A stretch of 64,000 bases of DNA from Naegleria gruberi (lineage: Eukaryota), in assembly GCA_000004985.1 (NCBI GenBank), contig GG738859.1, one strand, 5' to 3'. Each line of letters starts with the position of its first letter. Positions within the stretch are counted from its first letter, which is position 1. Position numbers and translations under genes: made by a program. The notes below the pieces were generated by a model. It worked only from the letters and a program-made list of their open reading frames with translations, was not told the origin of the DNA and made no database searches. Of the stretch, positions 23,291 to 35,000 are shown in pieces.

Positions 23291-24903
23291 ATGACAAGTA
23301 AATTAATAGATTTACGTACAATAACAGCATTATCAATATTTCTAACAAGTATAATAATAGTTAATGCTATAAATCAACATCAACAATTTTATACAACAAT
23401 TGTTCATTTAGTTTCATCTAAAATTAGTAGAATAATATTAATAGTAGATTTAATATTATTAATTATTTATTTTGGTAAATTATTATCAAAATTATTTTTT
23501 GGAACTTTAAGAATTTATGAAGAAGAAGTTATTTGGGAAAAGGGTTATTATGCTTTAATTGAAACTTGTTTAGCAATGACCATTTTTAGAGAAGAATTAT
23601 CTACTAGAATGTTATCAATGATGATCACTTGTTTATTTTTAAAAATATTTCATTGGATTTCTGAATTGAGAATTAAACATGTTTGTATTTTATTTATATT
23701 TATTTTATTTAATTATTTATTTTAATAATTTAATTTTATATTTTTATATTTAATTAAATATTTAAATAGTTAGAATCACTTCCAGAAACATCAATTAATT
23801 TATTTTTTAGATTATTTTCATGTTTATTTATATTAATTGGAATTGATATATATTTTTCATATGAATTAATTCAATTTTATTTTAAAGAAGGAGTAACATT
23901 AAGAATATTATTTTTATCTGATTTTCTAATAATGGTAATAATGGGTATTAGTATTAGTATTAGATTAATATTTCATGCATATAATTTATCTAAACAAGAT
24001 GAAGAAGGTAATAGTGAATGGGAATCTAGAGATGTTTATATATTTTATTTAGAAATAATATCAGAATTATTACAATCATTAGTTTATTTATCATTCTTTT
24101 TATTAATAATGACTAAATTTGGATTACCATTTCATTTATTAAGAAATATATATATTACATTAAGTAATGTTAAAAAAAAGATATTAGATTTATATAATTA
24201 TAGAAGAGCATCTTTAACATTGGATCAAAAATTTGAAAATGCAACTCAAAATGATTTAGATGAATTTGATGGAGTATGTGTTATTTGTAGAGAAGATATG
24301 ATTACAAATACTTTACAAAATCCAATTAAAAAATTACCATGTAAACATTTATTTCATTCTAAATGTTTACGTGGTTGTTTAGAACGTTCACAAGAATGTC
24401 CTATTTGTGGTCGTTCAATTGATTTATTATTAAAAGAACAAGAAGATCAATTAAAATTACAACAACAATTACAATTAAATAATTTAAATAATTTAAATAA
24501 TAATAATGGAAATGTTGGACATCATCATCATCATACACCAACAAGTACTAGTAATACTACTACTACTACCACAACTAGTACTACTATTAATAATATTAAT
24601 AATACTAGTAGTAGTACAGTTGATAATAATATTACAAATTTATTTACATCACAACAAGAAATATTAAATCAAATGAATATTAATTTAATTCAACAACAAC
24701 AACAACAACAACCATTAAATTTATTTAATTCTACTACTACTATTAATGATAATCAATTAATTGAAACAAATGAAAAATTACAACAAGTAATGATTGATAT
24801 GTATATTAGATATTTAGAATCAATGAAAGATAATATTAATCAAACTTTAGAACAATTAAAACAATTAAATGATTTTAATCAATCAAATAATAATAATCAA
24901 TAA
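23291..24903 (+). CDS. HRD1: ERAD E3 ubiquitin ligase HRD1/synoviolin (RING-H2); join(23291..23680,23770..24903)
   Basis: The N-terminus (ITALSIFLTSIIIVNAINQHQQFYTTIVHLVSSK...FGTLRIYEEEVIWEKGYYALIETCLAMTIFREE...FLKIFHWISELRI) aligns with human SYVN1 (LTALAVVNAYYQKQQFYPSVVYLTKSS...FGQLRAAEMEHLLERSWYAVTETCLAFTVFRDDF...FLKCFHWLAEDRV). The RING-H2 is CVICREDM...LPCKHLFHSKCLRGCLERSQECPICG. An 89-nt intron runs from GTTTGT at 23681 to AAATAG ending at 23769. The C-terminal tail is Asn/Gln/His/Thr-rich low complexity. Confidence 0.85.
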
Positions 24904-24967
24904 ATATGAATACTTTTGTAAAAATTAAATAAAATTTTAATAAAATTATTAATAAATTCCATATTTA

Positions 24968-26155
24968 TTATTTAGTACCACCCATTAAATGAAAAGCCAA
25001 TTCATATGCATAAAAAGTAACACTATTAACAGGGAATGCTCTAATAACAGTTGTAGTAAAACCTCTATATAAATCTCTAATAGTATATTGTTTTAAAGCC
25101 TTTCTAATATTCATTTCTCTATCATATCTAACAATTGATTGAATTGAATCTGTTGGATATACTAATGCCCATGCTAATGTACCTGCCATACCACCTGACA
25201 TTAATAATGTAAATGCATTATGTTCAAATTTTTTACCATCATTTGAATTACCATTTGAATTATTATTAGAATTATTAAAATTATTTAAATAAAATTGTTC
25301 AAATTTTCTTTTAGATAATTCATAAATTAAAAAATAGGAAGAATAAAAAGTCAATTGATGATTTAAACAAGCAATATAACCATGAAAGAAACCTCTAGTT
25401 TTCCATAAATGTTTAATACAATTTGTAATTGATTGTTTTGATTGATTTGTTTCTTGTCCATTTGAAGTTTGCATTTGAATTTTAATCATTTCAGTTGGAC
25501 CAACAACTAAACTAATTGCCAATCCTGAAAATGCTCCACTTGCAAATATTGATAAATTTTCTTTCCATTCTTTATAATTTTCTTTACTATTTTCAATACT
25601 ATATTTAGACATCCAATCTTTACACATTCCAAATGATCCAAATAATACAAAATTAGAAGCTAATTCTCCTACAAGTGGACTTGATAATCCTCTATATAAT
25701 CCTTTAAAATAATCCCATTTAGTTTTAAATGTTTCATTAAATGAATGATGATCATTTTGAAACACTTGCACTTTTTTAAATTATTATTAAAAATTAAATT
25801 AAATATTATTTAAAAAAATAAAAAATAAAATTAAATATTATTATTATTTTAAAAAAAACATACTTCTAGTTTTAATAGTATCTAAAGGATAACCAACAGA
25901 AATACCAGCTAAACCACCAGCTGAACCAGCAATAAATTCAGCAATGACGTGTGTTTTTTTTTGATTATTGACATTTTCATTATTATTAATAATATTAATA
26001 ACAGAAGTAGAAGTATTATTACAATCAATACAAGGTTGATGATGTGGTAATATATGATGACTAATACTTGTATTTAAATGTGAATCTAAACATTGATTAA
26101 TTACATATTCATTATTTACTTGTTTATTATTATTATTATTCATTGAAATAATCAA
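24968..26155 (-). CDS. mitochondrial substrate carrier family (SLC25) protein; complement(join(24968..25770,25864..26155))
   Basis: It has three Mito_carr repeat signatures (PLDTIKTR, PTEMIKIQMQ and PTDSIQSIVR) and GFFHGY / YRGFTTTVIRAFPVNSVTFYAYE. A 93-nt intron (GTATGT donor; AAAAAAG acceptor) joins ...PLDTIKTR to MQVFQNDHH in frame. The first roughly 60 residues are Asn-rich low complexity. Confidence 0.8.
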
Positions 26156-26968
26156 TTTATTATTAAATATTATACTAGTATGATAGATTATATATTAATT
26201 TGATATATTCAACAAGTTGTTTGTTTTGAAAATGTAGATAATGAATGTGGATGATGTGTTTGTTTTTTTTTATTGAACGAAACAGTACAATAGGATAATA
26301 AAGTAGAGTTGTTGTGAACATGACCATTCACTTGTTGTTGTTACCCAACAAACAAAACAGTTATATTAGCATGAAGCAGAGAATTGTTGTTGATGGTGGA
26401 ATAATAAAATTTGGTCAAGACTTGATGAGAATCTCTCTTTGCGAATTTAAATTCGGAGATTTTTACATTTTGAAAATTCCATAGTATTGTAATGAGCGAA
26501 ATTCTTGTAATACCCAAATAATAATGGTTTATAATGTTGAAAGGAATAGTTGATTATTATAGATTTAATACCATTAGTACTCTTATAACAATTATAATAT
26601 ATACTGTATTAATAGTTTATATTGTAATGATTCATAATAATATTGCATTGTTACTGAGGCAGTTAAAATGTTGTGTTCCACTCTTTGTTAATAAGTTATA
26701 TAAATTGAATATTGTAGAGTACCCAAAATTATTATTGAATGTCTCATCATTCTAATGTTGTTCATCATTACTATTCATCAAATGTTGATCAAATGATGAA
26801 GAATGAAAAAATCTTCCTTAATAAAATCTTCAGAGTTGTTATCCCTCATCCTCATCATTACATTTTTAAAAAAAAAATATTAAGGTGTCTTTGATATCAC
26901 TCCTCCTTATTATCCTTCCTCATATTATTATTATTAAATATCATCATCTTACATCATTTCATTATAAC

Positions 26969-27898
26969 ATGAGTAAATCAGTTATTGCTAATTTTAAAAG
27001 ATTTAATCAAACATCAGCAAGTGTAGAATATTATAAAACACTTGATTTAGTATCATCATTTAGTATTCAAATGGTTGAATTATTAAATTCATTTGTTCAT
27101 CAATGTGAAACAAAATTAAATTCATGTTCACATCATATTAAAAGATTGGAAATTACTTTAACTTTATTAGAATCAAAACTTGAATCTGTTAATGGATTAA
27201 AAGATCAAATGACACAATGGAATTCAGATACATCTATTCAATCACAATATTATCATCATAGAAATCAACAACAACAACATTCAAATACTAATACAACTAA
27301 TACTAATAATAATGGAACAATAACATCAGCACCTCCTCCTCCACTGTCAACATTTTCAGCATCTGTTCCACCTCCACCACCACCTTCATCATCATTTGGA
27401 AGTGTACCTCCTCCACCACCATCAATGGGTAGTACTGGTATTCCACCACCACCACCACTATCAATGGGTAGTGTTCCACCTCCACCACCTCAAATGATGA
27501 TGGGAAGTGTTCCTCCACCACCTCCATCTCAAATGAATTCGCCACCTCAATTAATGACATTACCTCCACCTCCTCCACCAACATCTCAAATTGTATCAAC
27601 AATATCCTTACCACCTCCTCCATCAACAACAATACAACCAGCAAGTGAAGCAACTGAATCTGCATATATTCCAACATGTGAACAAGATCCAAGATTAGCT
27701 CACTATTTCAAGTTACTTAACAAACTTCAAGTACCAAGAGCTCAAATTGATATGAAAATGAAAATGCTTGGCTTAGATTCATCTGTACTTGATACACCAA
27801 ATGATCCTTCTCCTTTAGGTCCATACATTCCTGAAGAAGTATCAAAGCAAGAAGAAAAGGAAGAAACTGAAAGTACTGCCAGTAATGATTCATGGTAA
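26969..27898 (+). CDS. WASHC3: WASH complex subunit 3 (CCDC53)-like protein with a long polyproline region
   Basis: The N-terminal coiled-coil (TLDLVSSFSIQMVELLNSFVHQCETKLNSCSHHIKRLEITLTLLESKLESVNGL) aligns with human CCDC53 (TVAFLNQFVVHTVQFLNRFSTVCEEKLADLSLRIQQIETTLNILDAKLSSIPGL). This is followed by about six SVPPPPPP-type repeats and a conserved C-terminal block (LAHYFKLLNKLQVPRAQIDMKMKMLGLD). Confidence 0.65.
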   Translation: MSKSVIANFKRFNQTSASVEYYKTLDLVSSFSIQMVELLNSFVHQCETKLNSCSHHIKRLEITLTLLESKLESVNGLKDQMTQWNSDTSIQSQYYHHRNQQQQHSNTNTTNTNNNGTITSAPPPPLSTFSASVPPPPPPSSSFGSVPPPPPSMGSTGIPPPPPLSMGSVPPPPPQMMMGSVPPPPPSQMNSPPQLMTLPPPPPPTSQIVSTISLPPPPSTTIQPASEATESAYIPTCEQDPRLAHYFKLLNKLQVPRAQIDMKMKMLGLDSSVLDTPNDPSPLGPYIPEEVSKQEEKEETESTASNDSW

Positions 27899-28561
27899 AT
27901 AAAAAAATTAATTCAAAAGGGTCTTTTAACAAAATATATCTCATGACTGAATCATCATCTTCCAATAATACCATTGATGTTCTCAGCTCTGTAAAATAAA
28001 TTGTCATAATACTGGAGAGTCAGTCACCACTCTGTTGTGAGCAACAATAAGAAATCAAAAAAGTCTACATAAATCTTGAAATGATTTGAGGCTATTGTTA
28101 TGTTAACAATTTAAGAAGGAGCCTCTTCATTAAAGAGATAATGAATAATACAATATTTACTCAACTGATTGGAGATTTTGATAAGTGAGAATATAGAGTT
28201 GTGGCATTTTGTTGACAAATTCATTGAAATTCAATGTTAACAACTAACAACTAAATGTTCTCTAATCCAAATCACAAGATATTTTGCATCATAATAGTCA
28301 AATCCTAAATATGAGCTGACCACCTCTATCGACTTTTCAATTTTCTCTTCTTCCTCTCCAAAAAATAGAATATCAGCATGCTTAAATTCTCCACATCAGA
28401 AAAGGTGTTTCCCATAAGAAAGTTTTGATTTCTTGCTTCCAATGCCAAGCAATAAACTTCTTCCACAAAAGTGAGCTGAAGAATTTGTCAGCCTTCTCAT
28501 CAGGATATTCTTGTGATTTTCCGTAAAACAAATAACTCAATGGGAAGTAAAACCCTAAAAT

Positions 28562-28635
28562 TGCCTCCCTTGGGAATCGAACCCAAGACCTCTGTCTTAC
28601 TAGGACAGCGCTACTGCCAACTGAGCTAGGAAGGC
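28562..28635 (-). tRNA. tRNA-Thr (anticodon AGU), 74 nt with no encoded CCA; D-arm slightly irregular
   Basis: The minus strand reads GCCTTCCTAGCTCAGTTGGCAGTAGCGCTGTCCTAGTAAGACAGAGGTCTTGGGTTCGATTCCCAAGGGAGGCA. The acceptor stem GCCTTCC/GGGAGGC is 7 bp with one G-U. The anticodon stem-loop is CTGTC-CTAGTAA-GACAG, giving anticodon AGT. The T-arm is TTGGG-TTCGATT-CCCAA, with A- and B-box-like sequences present. A TTTT run follows 1 nt after the 3' end on the coding strand (plus 28557-28560). Confidence 0.7.
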
Positions 28636-28829
28636 TGACATTATTAAATGTTTAAATAAAATTTTCCAATTAATTTAGCTAGAAGTTTCTTGATATCCAC
28701 AAAACTGGTAACTTGTCTCCCACGATCCCAAAAGTTGTTGTAAATGGTCCAAACTATGAACCCTTTGGTATCATATAGAACAGTAGTGTTCAATGATGAT
28801 TTAGCAGTTAGAATATTTAAAAAATGGTT

Positions 28830-28833
28830 AAAA
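28830..28833 (-). terminator. RNA polymerase III T-run terminator directly after the 5S gene
   Basis: The minus strand reads TTTTAACCATTTTTT immediately 3' of the 5S end. The tRNA-Thr has the same arrangement, with a T-run 1 nt past its 3' end. Confidence 0.5.
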
Positions 28834-28951
28834 GACTACAGCACCACAGGTTCCCAAGTTGTCTCCAACCTCAGTACTGATGTGGCTCGACGATGCTTAA
28901 CTTCTCAAATCGGACGGGATGAGGTGCATTCATCGTGATATGGCCGTAGCC
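28834..28951 (-). rRNA. 5S ribosomal RNA gene (about 118 nt)
   Basis: The minus strand reads GGCTACGGCCATATCACGATGAATGCACCTCATCCCGTCCGATTTGAGAAGTTAAGCATCGTCGAGCCACATCAGTACTGAGGTTGGAGACAACTTGGGAACCTGTGGTGCTGTAGTC. Helix I pairs GGCTACGGC with GCTGTAGTC. The conserved 5S blocks CCGATCTG-like, AAGTTAAGC, GTACT..GGTTGGAGACAAC and GGTGCTGTA are all present. A TTTT run follows immediately on the coding strand. Confidence 0.85.
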
Positions 28952-30123
28952 ATTAATTAACTTAAAATCTTAATTATTAACTTGTGGTCGATTAATTTCA
29001 AAAGTCTTAAATATTTTTTTCAATTTCACACTTGATAATTGGAACAATGCTATTGATGAGTTAAGTATTGGGATTATAAAATTGTGAATTTTAATTTCCT
29101 TTCGCATTAATTCACAATTCACAAGATGAAAAGAACTGTATTTTCCATAAAAGTTTGAATTTTATGTTTCAGATAACAGTTCCATTACGAATATGAAAAT
29201 TAAATTATGTCAAAAAGATATTCTGAAAACAGAGATCAAATATAAGAGGTTGGGATCTTCCTTAATTCCTACTCAATTATGGACTTGTCAATTTTCACAA
29301 CAATCTATTTCAGTTTCTCCTCAAACTATTAGAAATGGTCATAAAGAGAACATATATTTAGATAACAATATATCACTATTTCATTACGAAAATGACACCT
29401 AAAATTTGTATGAGTTTTCTTGATAATCTTGGATTTTGCAAAATATCTCTCGATCATAACTCATATCATATGAATCTAGTTCATTTTGAAAATAGTGAGG
29501 ATTTTAACTTTCCCAATATGTATGCAACTTCTTATCCTTTAACAAATATTTGGTAATTTTCTTTGTGAATGGATTTCAAAGTGAAACATTCAGGATTGGT
29601 TTACTTGTGATAAGGTGATATGGATGCTGGTAGATTTGAACCTATACACTGTCAAGAAGGTGTATCCAATAATTTAAGATAAAGAAAAGAGGTTGTACTG
29701 ATTCATTTTTACTTGATCGTACCAAACATTCAGATTTCCCAATCAAACATGACCCTGTTTCTCTAATACGAATCTCTGATGAGTTTGTACCAAACTAGCC
29801 ATGTCTATTGGCATAATCCTGAACTTTTCCTTTTCTAACTTTATTTTCAGATATCTAAATTACAATAAAGACATGATAATGAGAACAAGAAAATTACCGC
29901 CAAGTTCTTATTCTAAACAAATTAATAATTGTATGTCGTCATCTTGTGAAAATCTTGAAATTTATTGGGAACTGAAACAACTAACAACTGGATGAAACAG
30001 AAAATAATGTTCAATCAGTCGCAACATTTAAATAATTATGATTTTCAATATTAAAAATGTCTTCGTGGATGATGAATAATAATTTAATTGAAATTTTAAT
30101 TTATAGTTTTTATTAGAATGGAT

Positions 30124-30870
30124 TTACAACATCTTCTTGACCAATTGGTTGATATATTCTTCTCTGTTACCGAATGAACCACCCAAAATGAAGTGCTTCT
30201 TGATAGTTTCATAACCACCCTTTGGATGTTGCAACTTGAAAGGCCACAAAAGGTTTGAGGCTTCCTTGAAGTGTGGACCAACAGTGTGAATTTCGTGAAC
30301 CAAATCTTCAACACAGACAATATCCTTTTCACCCAACTTTTGTTCAATTTGAACGTTGCTAGTGATTGGCTTTCTATCACCGTTAACATTCAAAGAACCT
30401 CTCTTATAAATGAGTTGCTTGATGGTGGACAAAGATGGATAACCCCAAGCGACGTATGGTTCAACGAGCTTCAACAAGTTCAAAGTAGCCTTGTTAATTC
30501 TGACGAAGACACCGTTGTTGATTTGTCTGAGTCTCAAGAGTTGGAGAGCTTTCTTGGCCTTGGCAGCAACAGACTTGATACCTCTAATTCTGATGACGAA
30601 AGCCAATTTAGCTTGTGGTTCAACGAAGAGGGAACCAACTTTAGCAGCTTGATCGTGAGCAGCCTTGACGTTAGCTTCCTTTTGCTTGTATTCCTTAGCA
30701 TACTTTTCGGCTCTCTTCAAAGCCTTCTTTCTAAGAACAATGAGCTTCTTCTTTCTGTCGAAAGCGAGCTTGGCTCTTTCTTCAGTATGAGTTTGGAGTC
30801 TCTTTCTTCTCTTCAAGACAGTTTCTGGGGCTGGCTTTTGGACTCTAACGTTTTCAATTGTGACTACCAT
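30124..30870 (-). CDS. RPL7: 60S ribosomal protein L7 (uL30), single exon, 248 aa
   Basis: MVVTIENVRVQKPAPETVLKRRKRL...VEPQAKLAFVIRIRGI...LRLRQINNGVFVRINKATLNLLKLVEPYVAWGYPSL...LIYKRG...IVCVEDLVHEIHTVGPHFKEASNLLWPFKL aligns along its full length with eukaryotic RPL7. The codon usage is GC-richer and looks biased, as expected for a highly expressed gene. The plus-strand ORF 30271..30906 is its antisense shadow. Confidence 0.9.
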   Translation of the reverse strand: MVVTIENVRVQKPAPETVLKRRKRLQTHTEERAKLAFDRKKKLIVLRKKALKRAEKYAKEYKQKEANVKAAHDQAAKVGSLFVEPQAKLAFVIRIRGIKSVAAKAKKALQLLRLRQINNGVFVRINKATLNLLKLVEPYVAWGYPSLSTIKQLIYKRGSLNVNGDRKPITSNVQIEQKLGEKDIVCVEDLVHEIHTVGPHFKEASNLLWPFKLQHPKGGYETIKKHFILGGSFGNREEYINQLVKKML

Positions 30871-32091
30871 GGTGATGCAGGCTTTTTTTTTCAACAAATT
30901 TTCTAAACAACCGAGTTTAATTATTTTTACAATAAAATTTTTTCAGCAGCTTTTTTGAAGCTATTGTTGCAGTTCTTCAAACATTCAAAAAGAAAAAGTA
31001 GGAAGCATGCATCTCCACTTGTCATCTTCGGAATGATTATTGCAATAATATAGAGATGTACAATAATCCTTAAATCATCATTTAAACAACATGATACCAA
31101 CTTTCAAAGCCATCAGTCTAACAGAAGATAATGTTCACAACAATAATATTAAATGTATACCTCTGCTTTCCCACACAAATGAATCATGATTTGAAGCTCT
31201 GATTTCACTGCTCCTTCTTGATCATCTCACATTCACAAACAATAGTCAAATCAGGAAGTGAACTAACATCATCCATATCACTGTTGAATTTCTTCGTGAA
31301 TCTTCTAATGATGTTGTTGTGTTGGTTGGATAGAGTAGTTTAGTGTTTGTATTGGTGTTCTTCGGAACGAAAATGGTCTCAACAAGAAGAAATATGTACA
31401 ATTCCTCATATTATAATTCAATCTTATTTCTGGATATTGTTGGTGGAACTAGAAGAAGAACAATTTAATTACAAAACATTGAATTCAATGAAATTCGAAT
31501 GATATTATTGGATAATGTTGTAGGTGTTGGGTTAGATGAAGAAGATATTAACAATTGAAAGGACATCAGCTTAATATTGACTATGTTTAATTTTAATGGA
31601 GACAAAGAAGCTAAAGTTGAATATGCTATTAATTCTAAATGCTAAAGAGAGTCTCACTCAAATAATTGTGAGATGTATATAGGCTACTAAGAATTTACTT
31701 GAACAAGAGTTCATGTTTTTCTGAGAAAATTCATCAATTAAGTAATATGTACCAAAGTTGTTAATAGATAAGAACATCACCTCTAAGGAATAAATCACCT
31801 TTGACCCATAGATAAGCCCAATATTCATGTTCTGCCGTTACATGCTACCAATAATTGCAGCAAAAGTTGATATCTAAAAAAAACTTGAATAATAAATTTT
31901 GACTTCAATAAAAAAACTGAAAGTGTTCTCACCAACATTCTAACTACTAAAAAAACAACAAATTTACTTCTACACCCCAATAACAACAAATCTCAAGTGT
32001 AGTCAACAAGTAGTAGTAGTAGTTAATAATAGTATATACACTCTTTATCACTCTCATCAATCACACACAAATACATATAAAAAGAGAGTAA

Positions 32092-35000
32092 ATGTCATCA
32101 AAAAGATCTAATTTATTACTCTCTAAAGATTATCAAAGTAAAAAATCATCAAAACAAACAACAAATCAAAATAATGATGATGATGAAAATCTAACACAAG
32201 AAGATAAAATTAATAGAAGAGTACAAAGTGTATTAAAAACACTTCCATCTAAAAAGGATGAAAATTTAATTAAATTTAAATCATTCTATGAATGTATTAA
32301 AGATGTTAAAATACTTTCGGAAGTACAATTTGATACTTATAGAAAAGAAGAATCAAAGAATGAACATGATTCAACTACTTTTTTATATGATAAAATGTTA
32401 GAATGGGATGAATTGAATTTAACTGTATGTTATTTATATTCTCAATATTTAATTTATAATTTACAATAATAATAGAAACATTATATTCAATTTAGATCAA
32501 ATATTCAATCATTTGTTAGAACATTACCTGAAATGATACATCACAAAGAAACTATTTGTGATATTTTTGTTAATCATTTAAGAATTAAGGATTCTCTTGC
32601 TTATCAACCTATTTTAGAGTAAGTAGTAGTTTTTATTTTTCATTACAATAATATTAAATATTCATTACAATAATATTAAATATTTAAAAAAACAGTCTAG
32701 TAACAATATTTGCTAAAGATTTACGACAAGAATTTTATCCATTATTTCCACGTTTATTTTATCCAATAGTATATAATATAAGTTCTGATAATATAGAATT
32801 GAATGGATTAATATTTAAAAGTTTAGCATTTTTATTTAAATATTTACAAAAATATATTATTAAAGATATATCATTATGGTTTGAAAAGTATAGTAAAATA
32901 CTTTCACATAAGAAATGGTATATTAGAAAATTTGCAGCTGAAAGTTTTTCATTTTTAATTAACAAACTTTCAGATGAAGAATTAAAAATTTATGTTGAAA
33001 AAGTTTTTAATTTATTAATTGAAAAACCATCACAAATAATGTATGATGGTGTTAGTCAAATGTTTTTTGAATCAATGAAAGGTATTTTAGGTAATTTACA
33101 TTCTAAAATGTCAAGATTATTACCTTTATTATTTAGACAATTAAATTGGAATTTAAATTATAATGGTACTATTAAACAACAATTAGCTGATATTGGTAAC
33201 AAATTTACTTTAATTGAAAAATGTTTAATTTTATTAAGAGATTATTCTAAAAATAAGTTAATTGCTAAACAAATTTGGGATTTATTTGTTATTGAAATTA
33301 AATTTTTAATTAATTCTATTAATTTAAATAATAATAATAATAATAATCAAATTAAATATTAATAATAATTTAAATAATATTAAAAATAATTTAAATAATA
33401 TTAAAAATTTAAATAATTTAAATAATAATGAATATTTAAATATTCAAATAGGATATTTTATACAATTAATTAGAACATTTAATACTATTGAAAAATATAA
33501 TGAAGAATCAATTTATTTAATTTTAAATTTATTAAATAGTAAAAATCTATTAATAGAATTTAATGCTCAATCATCACAAGCATTATTTTCATTTATTTCT
33601 GATATAATTGAAACATTACAAAGATCAGATATAATTGAAAATGTTAATAATTTATTATTTAATTGTTTTTATATTAAAGATAAACAAACAGTTTATACTT
33701 TTTATAGAAAATTAATGAAAACAATTGGAAATGAACAAGAATCAAATACAATTGTTAAAGAATTTTTAAGATTTGTTAATGATGATATTAATTATAATTT
33801 TGATTCAACTGTTGCTTTTTTATTAAATTTTATTCATACTAATACTACTAGTAATAGTAATTTAGATACAAATTTGGAATATACTTTATTATCTGATAAA
33901 AATTCTAAATTTATTCAAATTATTTATAACAAATTTATTGAAATTATTTCAAATATTAAATCACAACAAGATTTAATTCAATTTTCAAAACAATCAAATT
34001 CTTTATTATTATTATGGTCTATTTTAAATATTTTATCTATTTATGGTAAAAAATCAGATCAATATTTAAAAAATTTATATGAAAATGTTTATAAATTTTT
34101 ATTACAATTTATTAAATTAATTGATCAAAGTCAATATGAAAAGAAGGAATTACAATTATTACAAATTATTATTGCACAATCTTTAACTTTATTAAATCAA
34201 GTTTTACATTTCTATAATAAGAATTTTAATAATTTAATTGAAATTGTTATGGAAATTTCATGTAAATTTGGTTCATCATTACAAGTTTTAATTTCATGTA
34301 ATCAATTAATTGATAATGTAGAGTAGGTTTTTATTTTAATTTTTAATTTTAATTTTATTTAATTTTAATTTAATTTTAATTTTTAATTTTAAATAGTTCC
34401 AATTTATTAACAAATGATAAATTTAAAATAATTGCAGAATCATTAAAATCCAATCTTCAAAGTAAATCTGATAATCTAAGATTAGAAACATTAAAATATT
34501 TAACTAAATTTGAACAAGATGAAATTCAAAAAGGAATTGTTCTTAATAAGGTAGAAACTACTAAATGTGTAGTTTTAGAATTTTTAAGAGATTCAGAAGA
34601 ATGTGGATTTGATTGGGATCAATCACGTAATCGTACAGTTTTATTAGAAAAGGCTAATGAATTTTTAAAACGTTACACCATTCCACAAATTTACAAAACT
34701 TTAATTTCTAATTATGTATTTGGTTCATATTTTACAAAATATCAAATTGTATGGGAACCAACAAGTAATTTAGCATCAACAATGATGAGAATTAATTTTA
34801 AAGAATTTTGGAATTTATTAATACCAATTATTTCAAATATTTATCAAAAATGTAAGTTTTTTTTAATTTTATTTAATATTTTAATTTAATTTTAATTAAT
34901 AATATAATTTAATATTTAATATTTTTAATAATATAATAATATAATAACAAATCAGATGGAGAATATAAAAAAACACATTATAAATCAATGATTTATAAAT

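Noticed and set aside
27303-27692. A 129-aa minus-strand ORF rich in Val/Glu/Met
   Set aside because: It is antisense to the polyproline (CCA/CCT)n region of CCDC53. A repeat-driven shadow frame.
28744-28938. A 64-aa plus-strand ORF
   Set aside because: It overlaps the 5S rRNA gene on the opposite strand. The GC-rich structured RNA creates a spurious open frame.
30271-30906. A 211-aa plus-strand ORF
   Set aside because: It is entirely antisense to the RPL7 coding sequence, and its composition mirrors RPL7 codons. Shadow ORF.
34323-34396. A (TTTTAA)n-like tandem array that might be a CRISPR-like or satellite repeat
   Set aside because: It is a 74-nt AT-rich intron of UTP20 with GTAGGT and AAATAG boundaries. 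Simple-sequence intronic DNA is typical for this genome, and there are no spacers or regular repeat-spacer architecture.
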